Shown one piece after another: positions 37,297-46,657 of a DNA stretch of 64,000 nucleotides; positions within the stretch are counted from its first letter, which is position 1, and the number at the start of each line of letters is the position of its first letter. This DNA comes from an uncultured Chloroflexia bacterium (GTDB lineage: Bacteria; Chloroflexota; Dehalococcoidia; Dehalococcoidales; UBA2162), in the NCBI GenBank assembly GCA_963726225.1, contig CAVSBN010000005.1, positions 127,372-191,371 on the forward strand. Reading direction: 5' to 3'. Under the pieces are notes generated by a model that saw nothing but the letters and a program-made list of their open reading frames with translations, was not told where the DNA came from and ran no database searches. The position numbers and the translations under genes were made by a program.

Positions 37297-37325
37297 ATCA
37301 TAATCCACTGGCTGGCTTGAGTCAA
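37297..37325 (-). promoter_or_regulatory. sigma-70-type promoter of the yedE leader
   Basis: On the minus strand: TTGACT, 17 nt, TATGAT. Located 50 nt downstream of the tatC stop. Confidence 0.5.
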
Positions 37326-37374
37326 GGCAGTAATACTGAGGTTGTTAAACGACCTTTAATACTGACGGCGAGCA

Positions 37375-38100
37375 TCATACTGCCTCGGCCTTCTTTTTCT
37401 GGACCAGCCTGGCCAGCCAGATGCTTAACTCGTAGAGTATAACCAATGGCACAGCCACGAGGCTCTGGTTTATCGGGTCGAAGGTGGGCGTAATTATGGC
37501 GGCCAGGACAAAGGCCAGTATGATGGCTATCTTGCGCTTGCTGGCCAGCCACTGGGACGAGACAACGCCCAGCCGGGCAAGGAAGGTACTGACCACCGGC
37601 ATCTCAAAGACAAGTCCAATCGCCAGCAGCAGTCGGGTCACCACCGAAACATAGTTCCCGATTTTTATCTGGGGGGTGGCGATGTCACTGCCGAAGGTAG
37701 TCAAGAATCTGATGGCGGGTGGTATCAGGATGAAGTAGCCAAAGACCACGCCCCCGGCAAACATCAGAGCAATCCAGGGCAGTATGAGGTAAACATACCT
37801 TTTTTCTTTAGGCGTCAGTGCCGGGGCCACGAACATGATGAACTCATAGGTCAGATAGGGGACAGCCAGTATGATACCGCTGATAAGGCACACCCGCATC
37901 ACAACGCCAATCATTTCAGTCATCTCAATGAAAATGAGGCTGATGTCCCCGGCCGGGTAAATCAGAATGTTAAGAATCTGATGATAAAAGACAAAGGACA
38001 GCGCTGTGGTAATGACTACGGCGATGACACTTCTGATGAGGCGTTTTCTGAGTTCAGACAGGTGCCCCAGGATGGACAGCCTTTTTTCACCGTTAGTCAT
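37375..38100 (-). CDS. tatC: twin-arginine translocase subunit TatC
   Basis: 241 aa, 6 TM helices, with N-terminal LSILGHLSELRKRLI typical of TatC. Confidence 0.9.
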   Translation of the reverse strand: MTNGEKRLSILGHLSELRKRLIRSVIAVVITTALSFVFYHQILNILIYPAGDISLIFIEMTEMIGVVMRVCLISGIILAVPYLTYEFIMFVAPALTPKEKRYVYLILPWIALMFAGGVVFGYFILIPPAIRFLTTFGSDIATPQIKIGNYVSVVTRLLLAIGLVFEMPVVSTFLARLGVVSSQWLASKRKIAIILAFVLAAIITPTFDPINQSLVAVPLVILYELSIWLARLVQKKKAEAV

Positions 38101-38423
38101 TTTCTTGACAGTGCCTCACTCATCTCTCGGTTCTCATTTTTCAATCTCAGTGGATTCATCGGCGGCGGCATCCGGGGGTTGAGCCGATGGTTTATCAGTC
38201 CTTGTCCTGACCTCGCGGCTTTGGGCTGAGAGGATTGGTCTTTTTCCACCGTGTTTATTTCTTTGGTCAGCGATGTTGTAAAATCAGAGGTGGCTTTGCG
38301 CAGGGAGCGGGTCATTCTACCGATTGTCCGGGCAATTTCCGGGAGTCTTCCCGGCCCGAAGATGATGAGCGCAATAACAATGATGAGCAGTATCTCGCCA
38401 AAGCCAATACCAAAGAAGTCCAT
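38097..38423 (-). CDS. tatA: twin-arginine translocase TatA/TatB-family protein
   Basis: FGIGFGEILLIIVIALIIFGPGRLPE, followed by an amphipathic helix. Confidence 0.85.
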   Translation of the reverse strand: MDFFGIGFGEILLIIVIALIIFGPGRLPEIARTIGRMTRSLRKATSDFTTSLTKEINTVEKDQSSQPKAARSGQGLINHRLNPRMPPPMNPLRLKNENREMSEALSRK

Positions 38424-38546
38424 TAAGTTTGCCTCACTGTTGGCTATGCCTGAATCAGAGCATAGCCCTCCATCAATGGAGAGCGTCTCTTAATTATAAG
38501 AGACTTAGCCTGTATCTTCAATCTTGTGATATTCAGGCTTGTTCCC

Positions 38547-38618
38547 AACCTCACCCCCTGAGTCCCCTTAGGGAGAACCTCAGGAACCCCTCTCCCCGAT
38601 ATATCGGGGAGAGGGAGG
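38547..38618. repeat. short or truncated copy of the MITE-like element (copy D)
   Basis: Starts AACCTCACCCCCTGAGTCCCC (TIR consensus) and contains the CCCTCTCCCCGAT-at-ATCGGGGAGAGGG hairpin. Confidence 0.45.
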
Positions 38619-38741
38619 TATTAAAAGAGAGGCTATTTCCCCGGCCGGCCAAAGATTTTTTTGGTCTCTTTTTTGAACGAAGTGGCCTGGCCTTTCCAAA
38701 ACCAACCGACTGAAGTATAATGTTGGGAAAAGAGGAGTGCG

Positions 38742-39198
38742 ATGAAGGTCATTTTCCTGGAAGATGTGCCCAAAGTGGCTAAAGCCGGTGATACCAAAGA
38801 GGTAGCCGATGGCTACGGTCGTAATTTCCTTATCCCACGGAAACTGGCGGTACAGGCGACTCCGGCCGCTGTCAGTTCCTGGAAAACACAACTAGAAAAA
38901 GGAGTCCACACTCAGGCAGAAACTGAGACCGAATTGCAGGAACTGGCCGGTAAGCTGGATGGGAAAGAAGTGGTGTTATCGGCCCTTACCGGCGGTAAAG
39001 AGCGACTCTACGGCTCAGTCACCACCGCCGATATTGCCGCCGAGCTGGAGCGTACCACCGGGCTTGTCGTTGACAAAAGGAAGATTGAGCTCCCCGAGTC
39101 AATTCGCCAGGTGGGGAGCTATGAGGTAGTCATTAGACTGGGTAAGGATATTACGCCCAAGGATAAAGGTTACGGTTACGGAAAAGGAGGCGGGATAG
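38742..39198 (+). CDS. rplI: 50S ribosomal protein L9; 1-nt insertion near 39161
   Basis: [32 protein letters not shown]. After DITPK the alternative frame reads [11 protein letters not shown] and ends at 39198, directly abutting the dnaB start. Confidence 0.85.
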
Positions 39199-40575
39199 GT
39201 GAATGGCGAGAAGATACCGCCATATGATACTGACGCCGAGGAAGCTGTAATCGGCTCCCTCCTGATTGATGGCACTTCAATCTACAAGATTGCCTCCCTA
39301 CTTCAGTCAGCCGATTTCTATCAGGAACAGTGCCAGTGGCTCTACGGGGCGTGTCTGGCACTCTATCAGCGCAACGAGGCCATCAACCAGATTACCGTAG
39401 CCCAGGAGCTAGACCGGCAGGGCAAGCTGGCGGCGTGCGGGGGTGCGGCCTATTTAAGTCATCTAATATCCATGGTGCCCACCTCACTGGATATTGAGCA
39501 CTACGCTCAGATTGTTTATCGTCTGGCAATAAGTCGGCGCCTGATAGAAGCCGCCCGTCGGATTGAGGCTATTGGCTATGAAGCTGGCCCTGATGTTGAC
39601 ACCAGCCTGAATAAGGCTGAGGATGTCCTCTTCAAACTGCGCCACGGGCAGAGTCCGCGCGATTTCATCCCCATCCGCCAGGTGCTCGACAAGTATTTTG
39701 AGCCCCCACCGGTAGCGGAAAGGGAAGGCTATCCGGCACTAATCACACATGTACTGTCCGGTTTCGCGGGACTGGACGAGTTCCTGGGCGGATTGCAGCG
39801 GTCGGACTTGATAATTGTCGCTGGCCGACCCAGCATGGGCAAGACCAGCCTTGCCCTGAGTGTCGCCAGCAATGCGGCGATACGGCAGGGAGCCTGTGTG
39901 GCGCTATTCAGCCTGGAGATGGCGCGGGAGCCATTGGTCCTGCGGCTGTTGGCCAGCGAAGCCGATGTTGATTCCAGGCGGGTTCAAATTGGCCGACACG
40001 CCACTGACGATGAGGAAAAGCGAATTATGGATGCGATTGGCGTTCTCTCCGAGGCGCCAATCTATATTGATGACTCCCCGCAACTCCGCGTGGTGGAGAT
40101 GCGCAGCAAGGCACGCCGACTGTACTACGAGCGTGGCGTAGACCTGATTATCGTTGACTATATGCAGTTGATACAGGGGGAGGCTCGGGCCGAAAACCGG
40201 GTTCAGGAGATTAGCTATATCTCTCGCTCGCTTAAGGCCCTGGCTCGCGAGCTCAATGTGCCGGTGGTGACGGTCTCCCAGCTCAGTCGCGCGGTGGAAT
40301 GGCGCGCCTCGCACAAACCTCAGCTTTCTGACCTGAGGGAAAGTGGCAGTATCGAGCAGGACGCTGATGTCGTTATGTTCATTTACCGTGATGACTATTA
40401 CTATACTCCGGAAGAATGGGAAAGTCAGCACCCGGATAAAGACTACCCGGCCGGTATTGCCGATATCATCATTGCCAAGCACCGGAATGGCCCCACGGGC
40501 GAGGTCAAATTACATTTTGTGCCGAAATCAGCCAAATTTGCCGAGATTTCGCGTCAAGAGCCGAGCTTGCTATGA
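39199..40575 (+). CDS. dnaB: replicative DNA helicase DnaB
   Basis: [15 protein letters not shown], Walker [24 protein letters not shown]. 458 aa. Confidence 0.9.
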   Translation: MNGEKIPPYDTDAEEAVIGSLLIDGTSIYKIASLLQSADFYQEQCQWLYGACLALYQRNEAINQITVAQELDRQGKLAACGGAAYLSHLISMVPTSLDIEHYAQIVYRLAISRRLIEAARRIEAIGYEAGPDVDTSLNKAEDVLFKLRHGQSPRDFIPIRQVLDKYFEPPPVAEREGYPALITHVLSGFAGLDEFLGGLQRSDLIIVAGRPSMGKTSLALSVASNAAIRQGACVALFSLEMAREPLVLRLLASEADVDSRRVQIGRHATDDEEKRIMDAIGVLSEAPIYIDDSPQLRVVEMRSKARRLYYERGVDLIIVDYMQLIQGEARAENRVQEISYISRSLKALARELNVPVVTVSQLSRAVEWRASHKPQLSDLRESGSIEQDADVVMFIYRDDYYYTPEEWESQHPDKDYPAGIADIIIAKHRNGPTGEVKLHFVPKSAKFAEISRQEPSLL

Positions 40576-41292
40576 GTCAATTCGCTGGGTTTCCCGCCAA
40601 GATGCAATTTACGGCGTTACCTAATCTCTTCTTCAGCCATCTCCTGCCGCAAATCAGCGATGTGGCTGAACTGAAGACGACTCTTTATGTCTTCTGGGTA
40701 ATTTATAACAAGCGGGGCTATCCCCGCTTTACTACTTACCGTGAACTGGCTGGTAATCCTGGCCTGATGACTGGCCTCAAGGAAGAGAGTAAGTCGGCGG
40801 ATGAAGTATTGCGCCGTGCCCTGGATATGGCGGTAAAGCGGGGCACAATTCTCCATATAGCGATTGAGAAGAATGGCGTAAGAGAAGACGCTTATTTCCT
40901 CAACACCAGGTCTGACCGGCAGACAATAGCCAAGATTGAAAGTGGTGAATTGACCCTGCCGGGGTTAGAGGTTGAGGTGCCAATTCCGGCTGGGGACCGA
41001 GGCTGGTGAGCTACCGGATATTTTCAAGCTCTACGAAGAGAACATCGGGATGCTGACTCCGATGATTGCTGACGAATTGCGTGAGGCGGAGAAGCTCTAC
41101 CCGGAAGTCTGGATACGGGATGCCATCAGAGAGGCTGCCAACCAGAACAAGCGTAAGTGGAGCTATATTTCCGCCATTCTGGAGCGCTGGGCGGCCGAAG
41201 GTAAGAGTGATGGAACATATCAGCGAGATATTAAGAAGACAGACCCGGACAAATACATCAGGGGCAAATACGGGCACATGGTCCGGCGCTGA
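40572..41292 (+). CDS. DnaD/DnaB_2-domain replication protein; frame break near 40991-40994
   Basis: The C-terminal piece FKLYEENIGMLTPMIADELREAEKLYPEVWIRDAIREAANQNKRKWSYISAILERW is a typical DnaD-domain signature. The N-terminal ORF 40572-41009 joins it if one G of GGGG is removed. Confidence 0.7.
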
Positions 41293-42616
41293 ACCGGCTG
41301 AAACTGAGCCGGGTTCAGTCTGCCCGATTTGTAAAGGGGTAAAATTCGTTTACCCTCTTCTGCCTACGGGGAAGCCGGATTACAGCCGGGTGGTGCCCTG
41401 TCAGTGCACTCAGAAGGAAGCGGCTGAAGGTCGGCAGGCACACTTACAGCGCTACAGCAATCTTGGCTCGCTGACCCGTCTCACCTTTGCCAATATTAGC
41501 CTCAAAGGGAAGAGTGACCGATGAGGGGCTGCCAGTCAGGAGCAATTTAAGCGGGCCTGCGAAGCGGCCAAAGCCTTTGCTGCCGACCCGAAGGGATGGC
41601 TGGTGCTGGTCGGCCCCAGTGGCAGTGGCAAGACCCATTTGGCGGCCGCCATAGCCAATCACTGTATTGAGAACGGTCAGCCGGTTTTCTATATCACCAT
41701 TCCCGACCTCCTCGACCACCTGCGTTCTACCTTTGGCCCGAACAGTGAAGTGCCTTACGATGAGTTTTTCGAGCAGGTGCGTAATGCCCCGTTGCTAATC
41801 CTGGATGACCTGGGGGCTCAATCCAGTACACCCTGGGCCAAGGAGAAGCTTGACCAGTTACTGAATCACCGCTTAAATAACCAGCTTCCGACAGTGATTG
41901 TTTCTATCGTCCCCATTGAGGAACTGGAGGAAAGAATACGCACCCGACTACTTAACAGCAGCCTCTGCCAGATATACGAACTGGGCGAGAAGGCGGTGGC
42001 GCTCTCGACTTCGGGCTGGGCGCCGGGATTTGAGCTCCAGAAGAGCATGACCTTTGAGAACTTCGACTGGAAGCGAGTCAATCTGCCGCCGGAACAGCGC
42101 CAGAACCTGGAGGCGGCTTATCGCTTGGCCCTCGATTTTGCCAAATCCCCCGAGGGCTGGCTGGTGTTTCAGGGAGTGAATGGCTGTGGCAAGACCCATC
42201 TGGCGGCCGCCATTGTGAATTACCGATATAAGATGGGGAAGCCGGCGCTGTTCATTGTGGTGCCTGATTTTCTCGACCACCTGCGTTCTACTTTCACTCC
42301 GGAGAGCAAGATTTCCTACGACCATCTCTTTGAAGCGGTAAAGAGCACTCCGATACTGGTTCTGGATGACTTCGGTGAGCAGGCCAGCACGCCCTGGGCG
42401 CAGGAAAAGCTCTATCAGGTCATTAACCATCGCTATAATGCGCGTCTGCCCACCGTGATTACCACCTGTTGTTCCTTGGAGGAAATAGAGAGTCGCATCA
42501 GCTCCCGACTGGCCGACCCGAAGATAAGCACGCTGTTTAACATAATCGCCCCGGATTATCGCAGTGATGCGCGCAGTCAGAAGAGAATAACTCGCGCCAG
42601 TAAGAAGGTGGTTTAG
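41278..42616 (+). CDS. DnaC/IstB-like helicase-loader protein with N-terminal Cys4 zinc ribbon and two tandem AAA+ modules; in-frame TGA at 41522-41524; start unresolved
   Basis: Zinc ribbon CPICKG...CQC. Module 1 has GPSGSGKTHLAAAIAN and LLILDDLG. Module 2 has GVNGCGKTHLAAAIVN and ILVLDDFG. ORFs 41066-41524 and 41603-42616 share one frame, and the stretch between them is open apart from the TGA that ends the first. Confidence 0.65.
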
Positions 42617-42697
42617 TGCTTGGTAGCCTGGAGGTTTGCACGGCGCTGGCTTTTCCTAGTAAAATGGGGCAGATTTTGGTGAGCCAGAGGGTCTGAG

Positions 42698-43213
42698 ATG
42701 ATTAATCTGCCGGTACTGGTATTGAATCAGGGCTATGAACCACTTAATGTCTGCCGTGTCCGCCGGGCCATCGTCCTGCTCCAGCAAAGTAGAGCGGAGA
42801 TGCTGGAAAATGGCTCCGGCTTTATTCACTCGGCTAACTTTGAATTTCCGGTGCCATCAGTAATCCGATTGGCCTCTATGGTCAGGCGCCCGCACCGTTC
42901 GGAAAGGAAACTGACCCGACTTGAAGTATTCCGCCGTGACCAGCACACCTGTCAGTACTGTGGTCGGCAGTCAAGGCAGCTCACTCTTGACCATGTGGTG
43001 CCTCGCTACCGCGGTGGCGAACATAGTTGGGAAAATGTGGTCAGCGCCTGCGTGCCGTGTAATCGCCGCAAGGCTGGCCGGACTCCGCAAGAGGCCGGTA
43101 TGAAGCTAGTCCACCAGCCGTCTGCGCCGCGTGATAGCGGCTTCTTCTATATTTACTCGCACTACCCTCATTTTCGCCAGGAGTGGCTGAAATACCTCCC
43201 CCAGGCGCAGTAA
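42698..43213 (+). CDS. HNH endonuclease
   Basis: CQYCG...LDHVVPRYRGGEHSWENVVSACVPCNRRK HNH/zinc motif. Confidence 0.8.
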   Translation: MINLPVLVLNQGYEPLNVCRVRRAIVLLQQSRAEMLENGSGFIHSANFEFPVPSVIRLASMVRRPHRSERKLTRLEVFRRDQHTCQYCGRQSRQLTLDHVVPRYRGGEHSWENVVSACVPCNRRKAGRTPQEAGMKLVHQPSAPRDSGFFYIYSHYPHFRQEWLKYLPQAQ

Positions 43214-43347
43214 TTTTTCATCCTCTTCAAGGTGAATGTGCTTTGATTGTCCTTGTCTCTTGACTGGTGTGATAGCTGTCGTCTTCTTGCCTTGACACTT
43301 TCGACGAGTGGGTAATAAGATGGAAGTAACAAGGCTGGAGGTGAAGC

Positions 43348-43584
43348 GTGGCTGAAAAGAAAGTCGTTATCTATACCACTCCTACCTGACCCTGGTGTCA
43401 TCGGGCGAAAGAGTATCTTTCGAAAAAGGGTATTGTCTATACTGAGTATGATGTGGCCAAGGACAAGGATAAAGCCAGGGAGATGATTCAGAAATCCAAG
43501 CAGATGGGTGTGCCGGTGATTATCGTTGATGATGAGATAGTGGTTGGTTTTAACCAGGCTAAACTGGAGAGCCTGCTATCCTAG
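43348..43584 (+). CDS. glutaredoxin-like selenoprotein (T-U-P-W-C redox motif), 78 aa
   Basis: GTG 43348 follows GGAGGTG. The frame reads MAEKKVVIYTTPT-TGA(43387-43389)-PWCHRAKEYLSKKGIVYTEYDVAKDKDKAREMIQKSKQMGVPVIIVDDEIVVGFNQAKLESLLS*. This is the Grx/NrdH-like fold pattern with TGA exactly at the first Cys of CPxC. A hairpin lies at 43406-43422. Confidence 0.75.
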
Positions 43585-43722
43585 CGTGTCCGCTTAGCGC
43601 TTCGTTTCGTTGGGCAGAGCCGTGTATGATGTCATGATAGTTGGCACTATCGGAAGGCGCCTCTGGTTTTGTCTCAACAATGATGGGGCAATCTTAGTTC
43701 AGTCTGGCCGAAAGTTCAAGAC

Positions 43723-43872
43723 CTACTTCTTGCCCAGATACTTCTCCGGGTTCTGGTCGAAGGCGCGCTTGCAACCCACTGCGCAGAAGTAGTACTTTTT
43801 GCCCTTGTATTCCGAGGTGGCGGCCGCCTTCTTTTCATCCACTTGCATTTTGCAGACCGGGTCAATGGCCAT
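43723..43872 (-). CDS. YHS/TRASH-domain metal-binding protein (49 aa)
   Basis: ATG follows AAGGAGG. MAIDPVCKMQVDEKKAAATSEYKGKKYYFCAVGCKRAFDQNPEKYL matches the YHS pattern DPVCGM.V......YY.FCS..C...F. Not in the ORF track because it is under 60 aa. Confidence 0.75.
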   Translation of the reverse strand: MAIDPVCKMQVDEKKAAATSEYKGKKYYFCAVGCKRAFDQNPEKYLGKK

Positions 43873-43907
43873 AGTGATACCTCCTTAATATTAACATTTG
43901 TTTTGGT

Positions 43908-44080
43908 AACCCATCCCCCTGCCCCCTTCCCTTTAAGGGAAGGGGGGTGTATTTTTAAGAGAGGCTCCGCCTCTCTTTGACTCTCCTTAGGACAAAATAA
44001 CGGAGCGTTTAAGAGTCCCGACTGGTCGGGACTCTTTCTTATTTTCTTCCCGATTTCATCGGGATACAGGGGGTGAGGTC
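43908..44080. repeat. MITE-like palindromic intergenic element, copy C
   Basis: Left end is AACCCATCCCCCTGCCCCC. The reverse complement of the right end is ACCTCACCCCCTGTATCCC. Internal hairpins are CCCCCTTCCC-tttaa-GGGAAGGGGG, AAGAGAGGC-tcc-GCCTCTCTT, AAGAGTCCCGAC-tg-GTCGGGACTCTT and TCCCGAT-ttc-ATCGGGA. Confidence 0.7.
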
Positions 44081-44086
44081 AATCTG

Positions 44087-46573
44087 TTAACCAGCAAACT
44101 TGGCTGGTTTAAATCTTCTCAGTCGCAGTGAGTTGGAGACCACGGTGATGGAACTGGCCGCCATGGCGGCGGCCGCCAGAATGGGGTTCAGAAAACCGTA
44201 GTCGCCCAGAATAAAACGGGCCCCGGCGGGTACACCAGCCCGGCCGAAGGCGAGGTAGAGCACACCGGCGGCCACCGGGATGAGAATGACATTATAGGCG
44301 AAGGCCCAGAAAAGGTTCTGTTTGATAGTTCTCATGGTGCTCTTGCTCAGGGAGATAGCTGTCACAATGCCGCTCAAATCACCGCTAATCAGGGTAATAT
44401 CTCCAGTCTCAATGGCCACATCGGTACCGGTGCCAATAGCGATGCCCACATCAGCCTGAGCCAGCGCCGGGGCATCGTTTATACCGTCGCCGACCATGGC
44501 CACTACTTTGCCTTCTTCCTGCAGTTTCTTGACTTCCTGCGCCTTGTGTTCTGGCAGAACTTCGGCCAGAACACGGTCAATGCCAACCTCTTGTGCAATG
44601 GCCTCAGCCGTGCGCCGGTTGTCTCCGGTAATCATGCCCACCTCAATGCCCATTCGGTGCAGGGCGGCCACGGCCTCTTTAGCTCCCGGCTTGAGGATAT
44701 CAGCCACGGCGATAATGCCCACCACCTGGCTATCTATGCCCAGGAACATGGCCGTCCGGCCCTTCGCCCACAGGCTCTCGGCCTCTTTCTCCAGGCCGTT
44801 GATTGAGAAGCCTCTTTCTTTCATCAGCTTGAGGTTGCCCAAGATGAGTTTCTTGCCGTCCACCATCGCCTCCACACCGTGTCCCGGAACCGCATTGAAC
44901 TCGGTGGTAGGAGTGAGCTGGAGCTGTTTCTCCTGAGCGGCCTTGACGATGGCCTCGCCCAGCGGGTGCTCTGAGCCATACTCTGCGGAGGCGGCTAATC
45001 GGAGAGCCTCTTCCTGGGAGAATGAAGGGATGGTGACGATATCAGTGACCGCCGGCTCGCCACGGGTGAGTGTGCCGGTCTTGTCCAGCAATACCGTGGT
45101 TATCTTGTGGGACTTCTCCAGGGTCTCAGCACTGCGGATGAGAATGCCATGCTCCGCGCCCTTGCCGGTGCCGACCATAATGGCGGTTGGCGTGGCCAGT
45201 CCCAGAGCGCAGGGACAGGCTATGATGAGCACAGCGATGAAATTAAGCAGGGCAAAAGTCAGTGCCGGGTCGGGACCGGCGAAAAACCAGACGATGAAAG
45301 TAACCAGAGCAATGCCAATCACGATGGGGACAAAGTAACTGGCGATGACATCGGCCAGGCGCTGGATGGGGGCCTTACTGCCCTGGGCTTCCTCCACCAA
45401 TCGGATGATTTGGGCCAGGGTGGTGTCTTTGCCAACTTTCGTGGCCTCAAATTGAAAGCTACCGGTCTTATTAATGGTGGCCCCAATGACCTGGTCGCCG
45501 ACCTTCTTTTCCGCCGGGATGCTTTCGCCGGTAATCATGGACTCATCAAGGCTGGAGTAGCCCTGACGAATGATGCCGTCCACCGGCACCCGCTCGCCCG
45601 GTCGTACCACCACCAGGTCGCCCACCTGAACATCTTCCACGGAGATTTCGGTTTCCTCGCCCTCGCGGACTATTCGGGCGGTCTTGGGCTGCAGGCCGAT
45701 GAGCTTCTTGATGGCCTCGGAGGTCTGGCCGCGGGCTCTCGCTTCCAGAAAACGGCCCAGCAGTATCAGGGCGATAATCATTGATGAGGTATCAAAATAA
45801 AGGTCGGGCATCAATCCGCCGGCAGTAAATAGGTTGGGGAAGAGGATAGCGATGACACTATAGAGATAGGCGGCGGAGGTGCCCACGGCAATCAGGGTAT
45901 TCATATCGGCGGTGCGGTGCCGCAGGGCGCCCCAGGCACCCCGATAGAAGCGCCAGCCGGCCCAGAACTGCACCGGCGTGGCTAATGCCCAGAGGAGATA
46001 CGCTTTGCCGGCGAAGGCTGGGCTAAAGCTCAGCGCCATAATTATCGCCGCCAGCACTGCGGCGAAGATAACCCGGTTTCTCAGAGCGCGTGTTTCGCGT
46101 CGGGCGGCAGTGGTGACATCTTCTAATGTCTCGGCTTCCGAGCCCAGTTCATAACCCGCCTCCCTCACCGCTCGCCTCATGTCAGCGACGGCAGTACCCG
46201 CAACATACTCCACCGTGGCTTTTTCGGAAGCCAGATTGACATTGGCCGAGATGACACCGGGAACACTGGATAGTGCCTCTTCCACCCGCGCCACGCAGGA
46301 GGCACAGGTCATGCCGCTCACCGGGAAGATGGATTTCTTGGTCGCCACCCCATAGCCCAGTTCTGCCACGGTGTGCTTGAGCTTGGCCAAATTTACCTGG
46401 TCAGGGTCATATTTTACAGATGCCTTTTCTGTGGCAAAGCTGACCTGGCTCTCCTCTACTCCGGGGGTTTCTGAGAGACCCTTTTCAATAGTAGCGGCGC
46501 AGGTCGTGCAGGTCATCCCGGTAATCGGCAGGTCGACCTTCTTCAGTTTTTCCGAATCTGCTTTCCCAGCCAT
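44087..46573 (-). CDS. copA: copper-translocating P1B-type ATPase CopA
   Basis: Two N-terminal HMA domains ([16 protein letters not shown]), TGES, CPC ([12 protein letters not shown]), [13 protein letters not shown]. 828 aa. Confidence 0.9.
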   Translation of the reverse strand: MAGKADSEKLKKVDLPITGMTCTTCAATIEKGLSETPGVEESQVSFATEKASVKYDPDQVNLAKLKHTVAELGYGVATKKSIFPVSGMTCASCVARVEEALSSVPGVISANVNLASEKATVEYVAGTAVADMRRAVREAGYELGSEAETLEDVTTAARRETRALRNRVIFAAVLAAIIMALSFSPAFAGKAYLLWALATPVQFWAGWRFYRGAWGALRHRTADMNTLIAVGTSAAYLYSVIAILFPNLFTAGGLMPDLYFDTSSMIIALILLGRFLEARARGQTSEAIKKLIGLQPKTARIVREGEETEISVEDVQVGDLVVVRPGERVPVDGIIRQGYSSLDESMITGESIPAEKKVGDQVIGATINKTGSFQFEATKVGKDTTLAQIIRLVEEAQGSKAPIQRLADVIASYFVPIVIGIALVTFIVWFFAGPDPALTFALLNFIAVLIIACPCALGLATPTAIMVGTGKGAEHGILIRSAETLEKSHKITTVLLDKTGTLTRGEPAVTDIVTIPSFSQEEALRLAASAEYGSEHPLGEAIVKAAQEKQLQLTPTTEFNAVPGHGVEAMVDGKKLILGNLKLMKERGFSINGLEKEAESLWAKGRTAMFLGIDSQVVGIIAVADILKPGAKEAVAALHRMGIEVGMITGDNRRTAEAIAQEVGIDRVLAEVLPEHKAQEVKKLQEEGKVVAMVGDGINDAPALAQADVGIAIGTGTDVAIETGDITLISGDLSGIVTAISLSKSTMRTIKQNLFWAFAYNVILIPVAAGVLYLAFGRAGVPAGARFILGDYGFLNPILAAAAMAASSITVVSNSLRLRRFKPAKFAG

Positions 46574-46637
46574 TTCCCAGCCTCCGCCCAGCCCATTCTT
46601 GATTCTGTCTAATGTTAATACAATAATTATCCCACAT

Positions 46638-46657
46638 TATATGACTTATGTCATATA
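46638..46657. promoter_or_regulatory. inverted repeat TATATGAC-N4-GTCATATA in the copA/nifS divergent intergenic region (candidate operator)
   Basis: Perfect 8-bp arms, seen directly, in an AT-rich 157-bp divergent promoter region. Confidence 0.35.

Noticed and set aside
37040-37330. Possible known small RNA (SRP RNA, 6S, tmRNA or RNase P) in the 350-nt tatC-yedE spacer.
   Set aside because: I find none of the conserved cores I can recognise by eye, for example the SRP GGAA/AGCA domain IV or the tmRNA tag ORF with a tRNA-like end. The promoter, uORF and terminator layout fits a cis-acting leader better. This needs cmscan to be sure.
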